From Macrostomum lignano (lineage: Eukaryota), in contig NIVC01001445.1 of the NCBI GenBank assembly GCA_002269645.1, positions 224,639 to 288,638 on the forward strand: a stretch of 64,000 bases of DNA. The letters are read 5' to 3'. The notes under the pieces were generated by a model. It did no database searches and was not told the DNA's origin. It saw only the letters and a program-made list of their open reading frames with translations. This document shows positions 29,758 through 41,907 of this stretch, piece by piece (position 1 is the stretch's first letter; the number at the start of each line of letters is the position of its first letter). The translations under genes and the position numbers were made by a program.

Positions 29758-31107
29758 TGAAATTTCTGTCGCAAAGCGGATTTTTTTCTGCAAATATAAC
29801 AAACAAATGACTACTGGATAGCCTTTGGATAGCATAATGAATTCTTTTATAACATTTTTTGTTATAAATATAGATTTTTAAAATGGAGTTGTTGGTTGGT
29901 ACAGTAAGTACCGACAGTGTGGGACTTAGCAAAGTGAACTAAATTCGGCGTGCACAATCAAAAGAGAGATTTTGTACAGCGTCCTTGACAAACAGATGGT
30001 AAGATGGACAAGAATAAAATCTAATTACATGCACACTATATAGGCAGTTGGTATAACTTGTGCTTGAAATAGATTAGTACTTTTATATTGAGCTCTAGGT
30101 GGCTTTTTTACTACGCGCGTACCGTAGTGATTTTGCGGCGGCTAAAGAGAGCTGCGGCATGAAGACACAAATATAGCAGACCGGGAGATCGGCTGGAAAG
30201 AGAGCCAACAACTCATCGTGTCGATTTACTCAAGAGCAGGGCCTTTGAGTTCTTTTTTGGACCTAACAGAAGTCTAAAAGTGACCGGATTAAAAGCACCA
30301 TGCCAACAGAAAAAAGGGGCAACCCAATAGGGTCAAGTGGTCAGGGTGTGCCAGATGGCGCGCTGTTGGGACTGGTGCAGAAGTTCTCCTCAGCTGGTGG
30401 CAGCGTGTCTAGCCGGAGCGGGAAGTTGTAGTAGGAAAATTTTACAGTCTGGCCCACGTCGCTGATTGGCCAGCGAGGGGGAGCCAATCAGCGATAAGGA
30501 GGCCATGGAGGCGGGACGGAGCAGGCCAGAGGAATGGGGCAAGCCTAGGGTGGGGTCGGGCAAGCCCAGTAGTGGGGTCGGGCAGGCCGGATGAGGGGGT
30601 CGAGCAAGCTTAGGGGTGGGGTCGAGAGCAAGCCCAGGGGCAGGGTCGAGAAGGCCAAGGGTGGGATCGGGCAGGCCGGTCGAGCAGGTTGGATGAGGGT
30701 CGGACAGCTGAGTGTCCAAGGATGAGTTTCGAGATGTGAGGGAGTGTCCATCGGTGAGTGTCCTTTACCGCGTGTGGTGACACGCAAGATAGAGTTTCAA
30801 TGTGATCATTCAATGGTTAGAGGGCCCGATTGCTTGGAATTTCCGAGTAGAGAGGGGAAGGGGAGTCTATTGGTCAAGCAAGAATTTGAAGTGATTTCCT
30901 CGGAATTACCGAGTATAATTTGGAAAAGGGATTCTATTGGTCGAGAGATCCATGGTGCACGATTTGGTTTGGACCCCGTGGGAGAAGGGCTCCAGTACCC
31001 TTTATAAGCAAAGCACCTTGCGCTCGCTAAGCTTCATGCAATTTTTTAAATGATAAATATTTCTGATAGCGTTCAAAGAGCTACTACATGGTTATCGGAT
31101 CAGCCTG

Positions 31108-31584
31108 GTGCCGGACATACGGAGCATCAGTATTCGAAAGTGGTTCAAGTCTGGCGAGGATCATCGGCCAGGTCTGCCCGGCATGGAGCTCACCATCCAT
31201 CAATTCCGACACCTGGCCAGCTTGAAAGAGCGTTTGGAGGAGTTCGCTGATAGGAAACTCGATGCGCAATGCTTTCTGGGTGGCAACAGGCAAGTGGTGG
31301 TCAAAGATGGTGCAATCTCTATCTGGCACCTTCCAACAGTGCTCGGGCCCGTGCTGCACTTGAGACCCGCCCTGCCGCTACAAACTGAGCAATGGCGACA
31401 GCTGTGGCAACACAGACAATGGATATTAGAAGAACTCGATAGACCCACCAACCCGTGGTTACTCGAAAACTACACCTCGGAGCCCGAAGAGTGCGCGGAG
31501 TGGGCGTCAAAACTCTCGATGGACCAGCTGGCGATGTGGCCAGAGACGCAGTCAGCAGAGTGGGATGACCATTGGGAGGCATAG
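31108..31584 (+). CDS. Tandem PC4/Sub1-like (ssDNA-binding fold) protein, possibly virus- or transposon-derived
   Basis: ISIRKWFKSGEDHRPGLPGMELTIHQFRHL resembles the PC4 IDIREYW...GE.KPG.KGISL..EQW..L pattern; a second weaker copy is GGNRQVVVKDGAISIW...LPLQTEQWRQL. ATTGG boxes (about 30869 and 30936) and TATAA (about 31004) lie upstream. The true start was not resolved (possible acceptor CTGATAG at about 31069). Confidence 0.55.
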   Translation: MPDIRSISIRKWFKSGEDHRPGLPGMELTIHQFRHLASLKERLEEFADRKLDAQCFLGGNRQVVVKDGAISIWHLPTVLGPVLHLRPALPLQTEQWRQLWQHRQWILEELDRPTNPWLLENYTSEPEECAEWASKLSMDQLAMWPETQSAEWDDHWEA

Positions 31585-31613
31585 CAGGCAGTCCAGACCG
31601 AGTTCCAAAGACG

Positions 31614-31656
31614 CTATGAGCCATCAGCGGAGCCCAGCCCAGCTGATGGCTCATAG
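31614..31656. other. Perfect 15-bp hairpin (13-nt loop) just downstream of the PC4-like ORF
   Basis: CTATGAGCCATCAGC (31614-31628) / GCTGATGGCTCATAG (31642-31656). Confidence 0.9.
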
Positions 31657-32281
31657 TAATTCGCATAGCAGCAGTGCAGCATGATAGCCTATAAGTCTAG
31701 CTTAGAGCACCAAGCAGACAAGAGCAAACAGCTAACTTCTTTTCGTTCTCGGAATCTCGGAATCTCAGCTGGACCAGAGCTACGCATTATGGCTATTTTT
31801 TACTATTTAAGAAGTTACTGCTGCCTTATATTCCAGATTTGTGTTATACTCTGCAACTACGAATTGCACCTTTGGTTGAAAAATTAAAAATGCAAATTCG
31901 CATACTTAACCAAAACTGGCGGAAAAAAGGATGCAAATACCCTTAAAAAGCCCGAAAAACGAGGCAGCCTGGCGCCTTACCTATAGTGGGGCATCCTGGG
32001 AAGAGATGGGGCCGTCTCTAGTGGGTGTCTTGGTGAGGGGCGACGTCTATAGTGGGTGTCCTGGGTGTTGTGTGTGGTTTTTGTGTGGCTACTGTGTAAT
32101 TTGCGTACAAGGTAAGTGAGCTTAATTGCATGGTAAGTTTTTGTGTACTAATATCGCTATTCTATTGACCGTCCTAGTTTATCATGGACTTCAGCGTACA
32201 CTGTTAGCTCACACCGCTTCTATGTACATTAGTGTTCTCGCGAAAATTCCCGACGATTGAGACCACCAGAGCCGACGGTTT

Positions 32282-33147
32282 TTGACAGCAATAGGACGGA
32301 CAACTGGAGAAGATGGATCAAATCGTTCGACGCTGAGCCGATCTCATGGACAAACAGACAGCTTGAAACTTCTGCTGTATGAAGCTTTACGAGCTATATG
32401 GAAACAAGTGTGGGCTGTAGAGCGGTACTTCAGTGGTGAGCGTGAGATCCTGGACATGATTGAGAAAGCCACTGCAGCAGATCAGACAAATCAGCGTCTA
32501 CAGAGCGTCATTCTAGCCGGCTGGCCAAAGCAAAGAGCGCGGTTTCCTGAAGATTTCAAGGCCTTTTGGGACCTTCGGCACGATCTGGTTCTTGTATCAG
32601 GACTGCTGTGCCTGAAACATCGCATCTACGTTCCAGCTGGCAGTGCCAAAAGCTCCGTTCTCAGCATCCTGTACACTGGAAACCCTGGTATCGGCAAGAT
32701 GGACCTTAAAGCCAAAGACTACTTCTACTGGCCAGGAATGCTCAACTGCATTGAGGGGACTGTTAGCTAGTGCGAGACCTGTCATCGGAATATGAAGGTG
32801 CAGTAGAAATAGACTCTGATGACCGTTGAGATGCCTGAGTTCCAGTTTCAAGTTTGTTCTACCGACCTGTTCGAGTACCGCGGTGCAACCTATCTGGTGT
32901 ACGTGGACGTCTACAGCCACTGAATGAGCGTCACCCGACTGCACTCAACGACCAGCACCGCCATGGTGCAGGTGCTCCAAGACCATTTCCAGAACTTTGG
33001 TGTACCCGAGAAGCTCATCAGTGATAACGTTCCGCAATTCTCGGCCGGGGAATTCCGCCAGTTCATCAAAAGATTTCAAGTGGAGCATCGCTCTTCGAGT
33101 CCAATCTACTCGCAGTCGAACAGAAGAGCAGAGCGATGTGTGCAGAC
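32282..33147 (+). mobile_element. Degraded Gypsy pol remnant (RNase H end, integrase Zn-finger and core)
   Basis: TLSR...GWPK...FWDLRHDL...RIYVP...YWPGM...CETC...DLFEYRG..YLVYVDVYS...FGVPEKLISDNVPQF...SN..AERCVQT. Multiple stops; cut off by the BEL LTR at 33148. Confidence 0.88.
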
Positions 33148-33254
33148 TGTTCTCAAGACAACTAACTTTTGCTCAAACTCTCGGCAGGTTTTGACTATTG
33201 CCACAACGCACTCTCCCGACCAAACTCAAGCCATCGATCCTTTTATATTTAACT

Positions 33255-35460
33255 TGATGTAACCACGCTCTGGTCGCGGGATAGGGCATGGGAACTTTTT
33301 CGAAAGTGCCTCCTATCCCGTGCACCCTCTGCACAGAGCTGTCGAGACTCGGCCAGGTCTCCGACCAGGCCTGGAGACTCCCGTTCTGCTGCACCCCTCC
33401 TGCTGCCTTGGTTCCGTCTCCCCTGCCGCCACGCCTGCCTTTCCGGAAGCTCCCTACCCCTCTCTGTACCTCCCCCTCTACCCTATCTCTTCTGTTTCCC
33501 GCCCTATTCCTCCTGTGCTTTCCCTATCTCCCCTCTTTTTGTCTCCCTCTGCACTCTTTTCCTGCGCTGTCCCCTCTTTCCCTGTGTCTACTTACAGTAT
33601 TTTGTGTGCTCACCGTCTCCCCATCCCCTCCCAAACTCCCAAACGGTGACGCAAGTCGTGTGACCCCTTCCCCCCCTCGGTGACTCATCGATGACTCATC
33701 CCCCTCTCTTGCGCAACCTTTTCTCACGCCTTTGTTCTCCTTCCCAAATTTCTCATGCGACACCCACCCCACCTCCGCTTCTATTGTTCTCGTTTTTGAT
33801 TCTTTTGTTCTCTCGACCCCCACCAATTATCACATTTTCTCCGATTTTCTCTTTCTTTTGTTCTCGTTTTCGCACCTAATTATCACCTTTTCCCCAATGT
33901 TTACTTTTCCATTGTTCTCAGTTCTCCCCAATTATCCCCGATTTCCAATTCCTTGTTCTCGACCCCAGCCCTATTGTTCTCAATGTTCGCTTGCGCAACA
34001 CTTTCGCGACCACCCGCTGCGCCAATTATCCCCCCACCCCACCTCCGGATTGCGCAATTTCCCGATTTCTCATGTTGCTATGCCGGTCTCATGCTTCTCA
34101 TCATGACTCATTCTGACGTCATTCTGCCGGCAGCCAATCAGAGAGAGGGAGCCATGGTAACGACCTTGAGGAGGCGGCTGTGAGGTCTATAAAAGGAAGC
34201 GATTTCGGCAGGAGAATCCTCAACTTTTCGGCTCCTCGTCCTTCTTTAGACTTGCTGTCAGACTGAGTTCTGACCCATTCGTCTATAAGACGAATCCCTG
34301 CCGGTCCGCGGTCTGTTACCGCCAAGTTATCCTTAGCTCCCCAAGTGAGCTCGCCTATCGGTCAGCGGTCTGAAACCGCCCAGCATCATCAGCATCGCCT
34401 GATCTACATCAGCGCCTCGTCGCTTCAGCGCATCGCCGCTTCACCGTCTGCCTGACTGCAGCCTACAGCCGCCCTCGGTCACTCCGCCTCTCTCTCTCTC
34501 TGTGCAGCTGCCGGTAAGTTCCTATTACTAATTTGTGCTCTAATCGCCTTGCTTATCCGGGGTTTGCCTATTTTTCCATTGTCTGATTAGAGAGCTGAGC
34601 CAATTGTGATACCGTAACCTTTTGCTGTATTTTACTCAATAGTGAAGCCGCCTAATTGCCTGATTATTCGCCTAAGGGCCTAATTATTAACTATTAACTA
34701 ACCCCATCATTATTCACTCTTTCACCATCATTTCACTCATGGCTTGCTAAGCCTTTCTCCCGGGGTGGCAAAGCATAAGGAAGTTTGGGTAAGCTAATGG
34801 CCTCTCCCCGTGCAAAGCCCGCCTGTGAGTGCGTGCTGCGGGGCCGCGTGTGCGTGCAGTAGAGGGATTAGCGAGTCTTGGCACAGAATGGCAGTAGGAA
34901 GGTTGCAACCCCATGCTGACGCGTCCCTTCGCCCTGAGCAATCTAAACTATAGACAGTACATGTTCGCCTCATACTACTCTTAGTAATCAAAGTCGCAAG
35001 TTAGCCTCGCTCACAGCCACAAAGGATCCCCTGCTGAGAAATCCTCCAGATTGAGCCCAGAGTTCCCGATCATGCCCCAAGCAGAGTCCCTGTACTCGGC
35101 TGCATGTGTCTCCCCTGTTAGCCTAAATCTCCTGGTAACCATCCCAGGCGGGGCTCTAGCCTCGAGAGGTCTGGTAGAAAGATCCAGGTGCGCCAGGTCA
35201 CATAGAGTGGTGGCAGCCACTCGGTCATACTATGACCGAGTGACCAACTATTGCACCTTGGCTACAGGTGAGGTCCATGTGGGTCCTTGGCCCTCTGGTC
35301 ACGAAGCGCTACCAAAGCTATCAATCATGTGGGCGGGACAGTCTGGTGCTGGAGGTCCGTCAGGCCATTGCCCGGTCATAGGCAGCCTACGGTCATTGCC
35401 CCCTCTAGTCATGCGTTCGTCTCTCTAAGGAGCGGACCGGCTACAAGGGCGGTAACATCA
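33255..35460 (+). mobile_element. 2.2-kb solo LTR inserted into the BEL 3' LTR
   Basis: Termini TGATGTAACC...GGTAACATCA and a 4-bp TSD AACT (33251-33254, 35461-35464). CCAAT at 34134, TATAAAA at 34188-34194, splice donor CCG/GTAAGT at 34513/34514. Homologous to 54550-56766. Confidence 0.9.
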
Positions 35461-37126
35461 AACTGCTAAATGACACACAAAAGATTGGGGTGGGGCTGAG
35501 ATTGCATGTACACTAAGCGATAATGGGGGCGGGGCCTGGAGACGTACATATCTTCAATATACTAAAATGAGACCTACAACTATAACTAACAAAGAAACAT
35601 AAATACAAAGCCTACGCAACATTCCCCCCCTTCCTGATAGAACACAATCAGCAATCAAAGTCGCGAAGATGCACCGCCACCGCAGCAAAAAACCGTTAAT
35701 GCACATTCACCAAATATTCGAATGAGGAACCCTCTGATGCAATAAAAAAATAATGTCAATGAACCTGAACGGCTACTACAAAACCAAAAAAATAAGCGCG
35801 GGTAACGATTGAAAAAAACCACATGGGCCAAGGCGTTTCAAAACCACTTAAATTTAACAGCCTATAGCCAGCACGAAAGTATAAACCAAAAGGAAAACGA
35901 AAAAACCCACCACCAACAATAACACTAAATTTGAAACAAAATTTCAAGCTGCTACACTATCCTGGACCTCAAACGCTATCAGCACCAAAAGGTCACGCAA
36001 CACTGACAAACCAACAATAACTGCTATGCTCCGAAAAAACGTGTCACATCGTCAAGGCCAAAAATCAGTCAGCTAGCTCCGCTTGACTCTCAAGCAGACA
36101 CAGCTTATTTACCGATCTCACTAGCACTTTCTGGCCGACTTGCACGTTGACGACTCTGACTCGTCCGTCCCGGCCGGGGAAGACGTTGACAATCCGACCT
36201 AGCGGCCAGTGACCTCGCGGAGAGTCGGTTTGCACGATCAGCACCACGTCGCCAGCTTGCAAGTCCCGCTGCGACTTGGTCCACTTGGTTCGGCGCTGGA
36301 GTCCTGGCAGCCACTCCTGCATCCACCGCCGCCACACATGCCGGACCAACTCCTGAACGCGCCGCCAGCGTCGGCGTGGGTCTTTTGCAACATCAGCTGA
36401 GATGTCCGGCGCGAACTGACCACCCGCCTGTCCGTGCAGGAAGTGATTAGGCGTCAGTGGGACTTCGTCCTTAGGATTGGCTGACTGGTATGTGATCGCC
36501 GCGAATTGATCAGTGCCTCGACTCCGACTACCGCTGACTGAAACTCCTCGTCGTTCACGTCCGCATTGCTGAGCACAACTTGCAGCGCTCGCTTAACAGC
36601 TCGCACCATGATCTCGTGCGCTCCTCCAAAGTGCGGTGCGGCTGGAGGCTGGAAGTTCCATCTGATTCCATGATTCGAAGCCGCCTGCTGCACCTTTGAC
36701 CTGCTCAACTCTTCCAAGCTCCGCAGCTCTTCAGCACCCTTCACGAAATTGCCTCCATTATCTGAATGCATTTGCTTCGGTAGTCCTCGCCGACCGACCA
36801 TTCGAAAAAATGTACGGCGCGCGTCTCCAGACACGTAAACAATGCGATGTATCGCTTCTGTCTCGCCCTGCCTCGTCCTTGGACTGTCAGAAACGGCCCG
36901 CCCATGTCTACGGCTGTGTTGGTGAAGGCCTTCAACGACCCTTCGAGACGTACTTCGGGTAATGGCGCCATCAACTGGTCTATCGGCTTGGCTTTGCTCC
37001 TCCTGCAGACTGCGCATTACTGTTCCCACTCGCGAATGGCCTCTCGAGCGCTGACGATCCAATACCGGGCCGAGATCGCGGCTAGCGTCTGGTTGGTTCC
37101 GCCATGCAGCTGCTCCTCGTGATGCT

Positions 37127-40100
37127 TGACTTACTTTGACTTAGCTGCAGGGGGCTCCGTGCGTCCGGAAACAGCGAGGAGGCGTTGCCGCCCATTTCGC
37201 TAACCCCTGGCGACCACGGGCAGCTAGTGCGACGGGTGGTTTTCATAGCCTCCCCTCTAACAAAGAGGTCGAGGGGGGGAATGTCCAAGAAGGAGTTCAT
37301 GCCAGCGAAGGGCGTTGAGGGAGCCGCGCTCATGATAGCTCGACAAGCGCGGCCTTGCACCCTTTTTAAAACCTCAAGAACCCCTTTCACCTCTAGGGCA
37401 CTGTTCCAAATGAAGCCGGCGAAGGAGATGGCCGGTCTAACAATGGCAGTGTAAATCCACCAGAGGCGGCGGGGGGTGAGGCCCCAAGTAGCACCGAAAG
37501 CTCTGCGGATCTGCGCGAGAGTCGCGAGAGCTTTGCGGGCTTTAGTTTGGACGTGCGGGGTCCAGCTCAACCTGTGGTCGAGGGTGACGCCCAGACATCT
37601 AGTTTGTTTCTCCATGGCAACAGGTTTGCCGTAGAGGGAGAGCGGTTCGATCCTCCAGTTTCGGCGGCTGGTGAACATGATAGCCACGGTTTTAGACTCA
37701 GAGAACCTGAGACCGCAGCTATGTGCCCAGCGCTCGGCACGGTGGATGAAGGCTTGAAGGAGGTCCCTGAGGACCGCGGGCGATGGTCCAGCCACAGTGG
37801 CGGTAATATCGTCCGCATAGCCGACCTTCTGAACAGGGTCCGGATGCGGGCTGCAAAGCAGCTCGTCCATGACTAAGTTCCAGAGGATCGGGCTGAGGAC
37901 TCCACCTTGCGGTCCGCCTTTCTGGACTTCCACGGAGCGTGAGTGTCCCAGGAGGTGCGAGGTGGCAGTACGATGGGAGACCATGTACATGATCCAGCGG
38001 GTGAGGTGCTCGTGCGTGCCCCGGGATTCCAGGGCTCGCTTAAAGGCTTCAAAGAGCACATTGTTAAAAGCACCATCAATGTCGAGGAAAAGCGATAGCG
38101 CGTATCCACTGCCAAGCACGGCGCGCTCCAGCTTGTCGACAATGGCGTGCAGCGCACTTTCGATGGAACGTCCAGGACGAAAGGCGTGCTGATTAGGGGA
38201 GAGCGGGGAGTTCCTCAGCTCAACGAGGAGAAGACGCCAGAGCACCAGCCGTTCCATCAGTTTGAGGAAGAAGGACGTCAGACTGATAGGGCGGTAAGCT
38301 TTGGCGGAGTGATAGTCTCCCTTTCCTGGCTTGGGTATGAAGACTACCGTAGCCTCTTGCCAGGCTTTTGACACATACCCGAGGGTAATGCTGGCCTTGA
38401 AGAGGTTGCAGAGGAGGCCGAGAAACCTGTCATTTTTAACTGCCTCATGAAGGAAGGCAGGATAAATGTTGTCAGGACCCGGGGACATGAAAGGAGAGAA
38501 TGATTTTGCGGCGCGAGCCGTCCTCTCTCTAGTAATGATGGTCGAAGCCGGGATCTGTCCGCCCGGAGAGTGGTCCGGTGGGCCTAGCTGCGGTGCGGCA
38601 CGTGGGAAAGAGCTGGTGAGCATAATGTCCAGCGATTCCCCAGGGTTCTCAGCGAGCCGGCCGTCCGGTCTTTTAATGACTGAGAGCTTTGACATTTTGT
38701 CGAGGGTGAGAGCCTTAACTACGCGCGAAGTAGGGCGGGTGCCTTCTAACTCCGCGCAGTATTGGCGCCATTTGTCGGACTTGGCTTTCCTGGTTTCACG
38801 CTTAAAGTCGCGGATCACTTCTTGATAGGCGGCCAGGTCAGCTGGGTCCTTGCTCTTGCGAGCTTTCCGTTGGAGGCACTTTGCTTTGCGCCGGAGGGAT
38901 CCGAGCGCCGGGTGCCACCAGGGGGCAGATTTTTTGCCTTTGTAGGCTTTAAGAGGACAGGAAGCCTCATGGGCTGTCAGGACGGTCTTGCTGAGCAAGT
39001 CTGCAAGGTCATCCACTTCCTGACAGGTGGTTGGAGCGACGGTAGTCAGCTGATCTGTCTGGAATTTCAGGGTTTCCGTGAAAGCCGTCCAATCAGTGTT
39101 CCGGACGTTCCTTTTCCACAGAATGTGAGGCTTGGGCAAGAGGATTGCAAACGAAAACGAACGAAGCGATGGTCAGACAGAGACTCCTCTTCGTCCCACA
39201 CCTCCCAGTCCTTGACTAAAGGAGCCAAGCCATGGGAGACGAGGGTAACGTCGAGGGCCTCCGTCCATCGCCCGTTGTCAAAGGTGGGGGTTCCACCAAT
39301 GTTGCAAAACTCAGTGTTGGTGGTGCAGATGTAAGCAAGGAGTTCCTCGCCTCTGCTATTGGAAGTATTACTGCCCCAGTGGGTGTGGTGAGCGTTGATG
39401 TCGCCCGCCACCAGCAGCTCGAACCTACGGTTAGAGCAGTAGTCCACGAGGGAGGTGAGGTTGGGTGGAACCGCGGGGCCATCGCCAGGGATATAGATCG
39501 AGGCGATGATGACTGTGCGGTTGGTGATAATGTGGTTGGACTGAATGACACAGAGGTCTCTGTCAGAGAGGTCCGGTCTGTGCCAAGCTTTGAGGTGGGT
39601 AGATACGAAAATGGCTGCTCTGGGGTTTTGGGGGTCTTGAAAACAGTCAAAACCAGCATGAATATTCGGAATCTTACCTTTCTTTGTCCAGGGCTCCTGG
39701 AGTAGGATGATGCCCGGTTTCGCAAAGTTTGCCACCTGCATCAGGTTGGTCGAGGCCGCGATGCAGTGGTGCAGGTTAAGCTGCAGGATGTCCACTCCGG
39801 GGATTCCACGAGTGGTCCGCGCAGCTTCCTGCCGGCTCAAGGCGAGTTGTTCAGGAGAGCTGCCTCTTCTGCCTCGCCAATAGCTCCAGGCTCCAGCTCC
39901 ATGGGCTCCTCCCGGATGGATTCCATGGTCGAGGGCGATGTCGCTACCTGGGCGGCATTCTCGCTGCTCTCGGCCCGGTTTTCCGGGGGAGCCGCAGTGG
40001 TGACACTGGGCTGGGGGTGGCTGCGGTTGGGGGCCTTGGCGGTGTCCAGCAGCTGCTTCGCGCGCTGAGTCAGACTAGAGCGGATAGTGTTCCGGGCGGG

Positions 40101-41907
40101 TTTCCGGCCCTTTTCACGTCCGCCTGTTGCTGCAGCTTTCGCGGCTTTCCCTCTGACAGGGTCCACGTCCTCGGAGGGGTCGTGACGACCGGGAGCTTCT
40201 TTTCCTGGGCGTTTCCGCCCGGCAGAGCCCCCGACTGCCCGCTTACGCTTCTCCGGGGGCGGTGGGCGGGTGGCGTCAGACTCAAAGCTAAAGAGCTGAA
40301 TCTGCAACAGCCCGACAGAGATGATGGACGTGTCCGGGTAGCGGAGCATCCAGCTGTCCGACAGTCCAAGAATAGCCGTGAAACCGTCTCCGCCCGGCTT
40401 GGAGATGGTCTCGTGAACTACGACACCGTTGGCCGGTAGCTCCGGGTTGGAAGCCACTAGCAGGTGACGCAGCTCGTCGGCCTTGGTGATGCAGCTGCGA
40501 GCCGGGATCCAGGCACGGTGCCGGTGTGTCCGGGGTCGCTCGTCCTCCCTGTAGATGAACAGGTTCTCCAGCTCCGTACCCCAGTCGAAGGTTTTCAGCA
40601 GCTCGAGGAGCTGCTGTCCTGACTGGCTGTCGGCGGGCTGGATATAGAGGGCTTGGTCCTCGACTTTCGTCTTTTGGACTCGAATGGTAGTGCCGCTCAA
40701 GGCCATCTTGACCAGGTGGGAGTCCAACCTGCGCCAGATAAGGTCGAGCTGTTCGGCCGTAAGAGGCGTCTCCTGGCCTTGGATAACCAGGGCCGGCTGC
40801 CTCTTGGCCATAGCCGCGTAGGTTCGCTTCGGCTTTGTGGTTTGGCCAGCGCCCCCCGCTTTGGATCCCTCCACGGCCGTGGGAGCTTCCACACGGGCAG
40901 AGGTCCGGTCACGGGAGGGGCCAGCCGCACCAGGAGCTAAGGCGGCACCTGACGCATCAGACCGGCGCGCGGGGTCCACCCCCTTGTCGGATGTCGGCTC
41001 CTCCGCGGGGTTCGCAGAGTTACCGGCACCCTCCTCAGAGGTGGCCGGAGGGGCGGCTTTCGCATTCCTCCGTTCCTCCGCTTTGCGCTGGAGAAAGGCT
41101 TTGTAGCGAGCAATGCTACGGGCCTTCTTTTTTGAAATCTGAGGTCCGCTGTCTTGTCCAGCCACTCCGGTATTATCCTGAGCGGCGGCAGCGGCAGATT
41201 GAGAGGCACCGGGGGTTCCGGTGTTGCGAATGTCCGGCTGGGCCGCGGTGCCAACCTCGGTTGGTGCTCCAGCAGCCTCGGACGTGTCGGAGGTAAAAGA
41301 ATACTCCATGAGTCGCTGAAAGGCGAGTGGGGACTGAAGGTGAGAAGCCGCTGGGCCGTAACCCCAAACCCAACAACCAGGCCAAGAGGTAGCGACCGGG
41401 GGTGGCTTAAGCCCGTACCGGCCCGACCGCTAGCAACCGAGAAACTCCCCGGCTAAGAGCCCGGCTTGGAAAAACCAGAGGCCGAACCAAAGGACCAACA
41501 GCACGGTACTACACTGGGCCCTTGAGGGAAGCAGGAGGACTGCCTCCTGAGCCTGCGGACTGGCCGCATACCCTGTTAAGGTCAGAGGGTGGTACCTGTT
41601 CCTCAGAGCCGTGGCCAGAGGTACCTGATACGCACAGGTGCACTTCCGGGCGGAGCCCGTACATAATTTGGCCAAAAGGCCACGGATGGGTTGCCGCCGC
41701 CGGAGCCCAGTCAGTCCAGCAGCCCTAGGGCTGCCTTGAACACATGCGGGACGTGAACCCCTGGGTCGGCTTGCGAGTCAGCTTGGAGAGAGTTCTCCTG
41801 CCATTCCTGCACCAGAATAGAGGGGGTGCAGGTGTGTAGGATCGCAGACCTTAGCCCGTAGGCCTAGTCTGTCTCATGCTACACAGGCGTGCTGTACCCG
41901 CCTTACA
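37127..41907 (-). mobile_element. Second LOA-like LINE, both ends present, RNase H internally deleted, inserted in BEL integrase Zn-finger
   Basis: 16-bp TSD AGCATCACGAGGAGCA (plus-strand 37111-37126 and 41908-41923) splits the BEL sequence KQHHEE/QLHGGTNQTL. ORF1 is 41309-39837. APE (LQLNLHHC..LLQEPW) is in 39840-39067, frameshifted into RT (YRPISLTS, QGGVLSP, YADD). Ends in an AAGT-type tail. Confidence 0.92.
39837..41309 (-). CDS. LINE ORF1 (490 aa, open, no CCHC knuckle)
   Basis: Uninterrupted ORF from ATG with basic/disordered termini and a central RHRAWIP...NPELP region, as in the first LINE. Confidence 0.75.
   Translation of the reverse strand: MEYSFTSDTSEAAGAPTEVGTAAQPDIRNTGTPGASQSAAAAAQDNTGVAGQDSGPQISKKKARSIARYKAFLQRKAEERRNAKAAPPATSEEGAGNSANPAEEPTSDKGVDPARRSDASGAALAPGAAGPSRDRTSARVEAPTAVEGSKAGGAGQTTKPKRTYAAMAKRQPALVIQGQETPLTAEQLDLIWRRLDSHLVKMALSGTTIRVQKTKVEDQALYIQPADSQSGQQLLELLKTFDWGTELENLFIYREDERPRTHRHRAWIPARSCITKADELRHLLVASNPELPANGVVVHETISKPGGDGFTAILGLSDSWMLRYPDTSIISVGLLQIQLFSFESDATRPPPPEKRKRAVGGSAGRKRPGKEAPGRHDPSEDVDPVRGKAAKAAATGGREKGRKPARNTIRSSLTQRAKQLLDTAKAPNRSHPQPSVTTAAPPENRAESSENAAQVATSPSTMESIREEPMELEPGAIGEAEEAALLNNSP

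Noticed and set aside
33288-35469. ORFs inside the 2.2-kb LTRs (for example MGTFSKVPP, MSPEFPIMP; mirrored at 54475-56875)
   Set aside because: Low-complexity or short, with frames broken differently in the two LTR copies.
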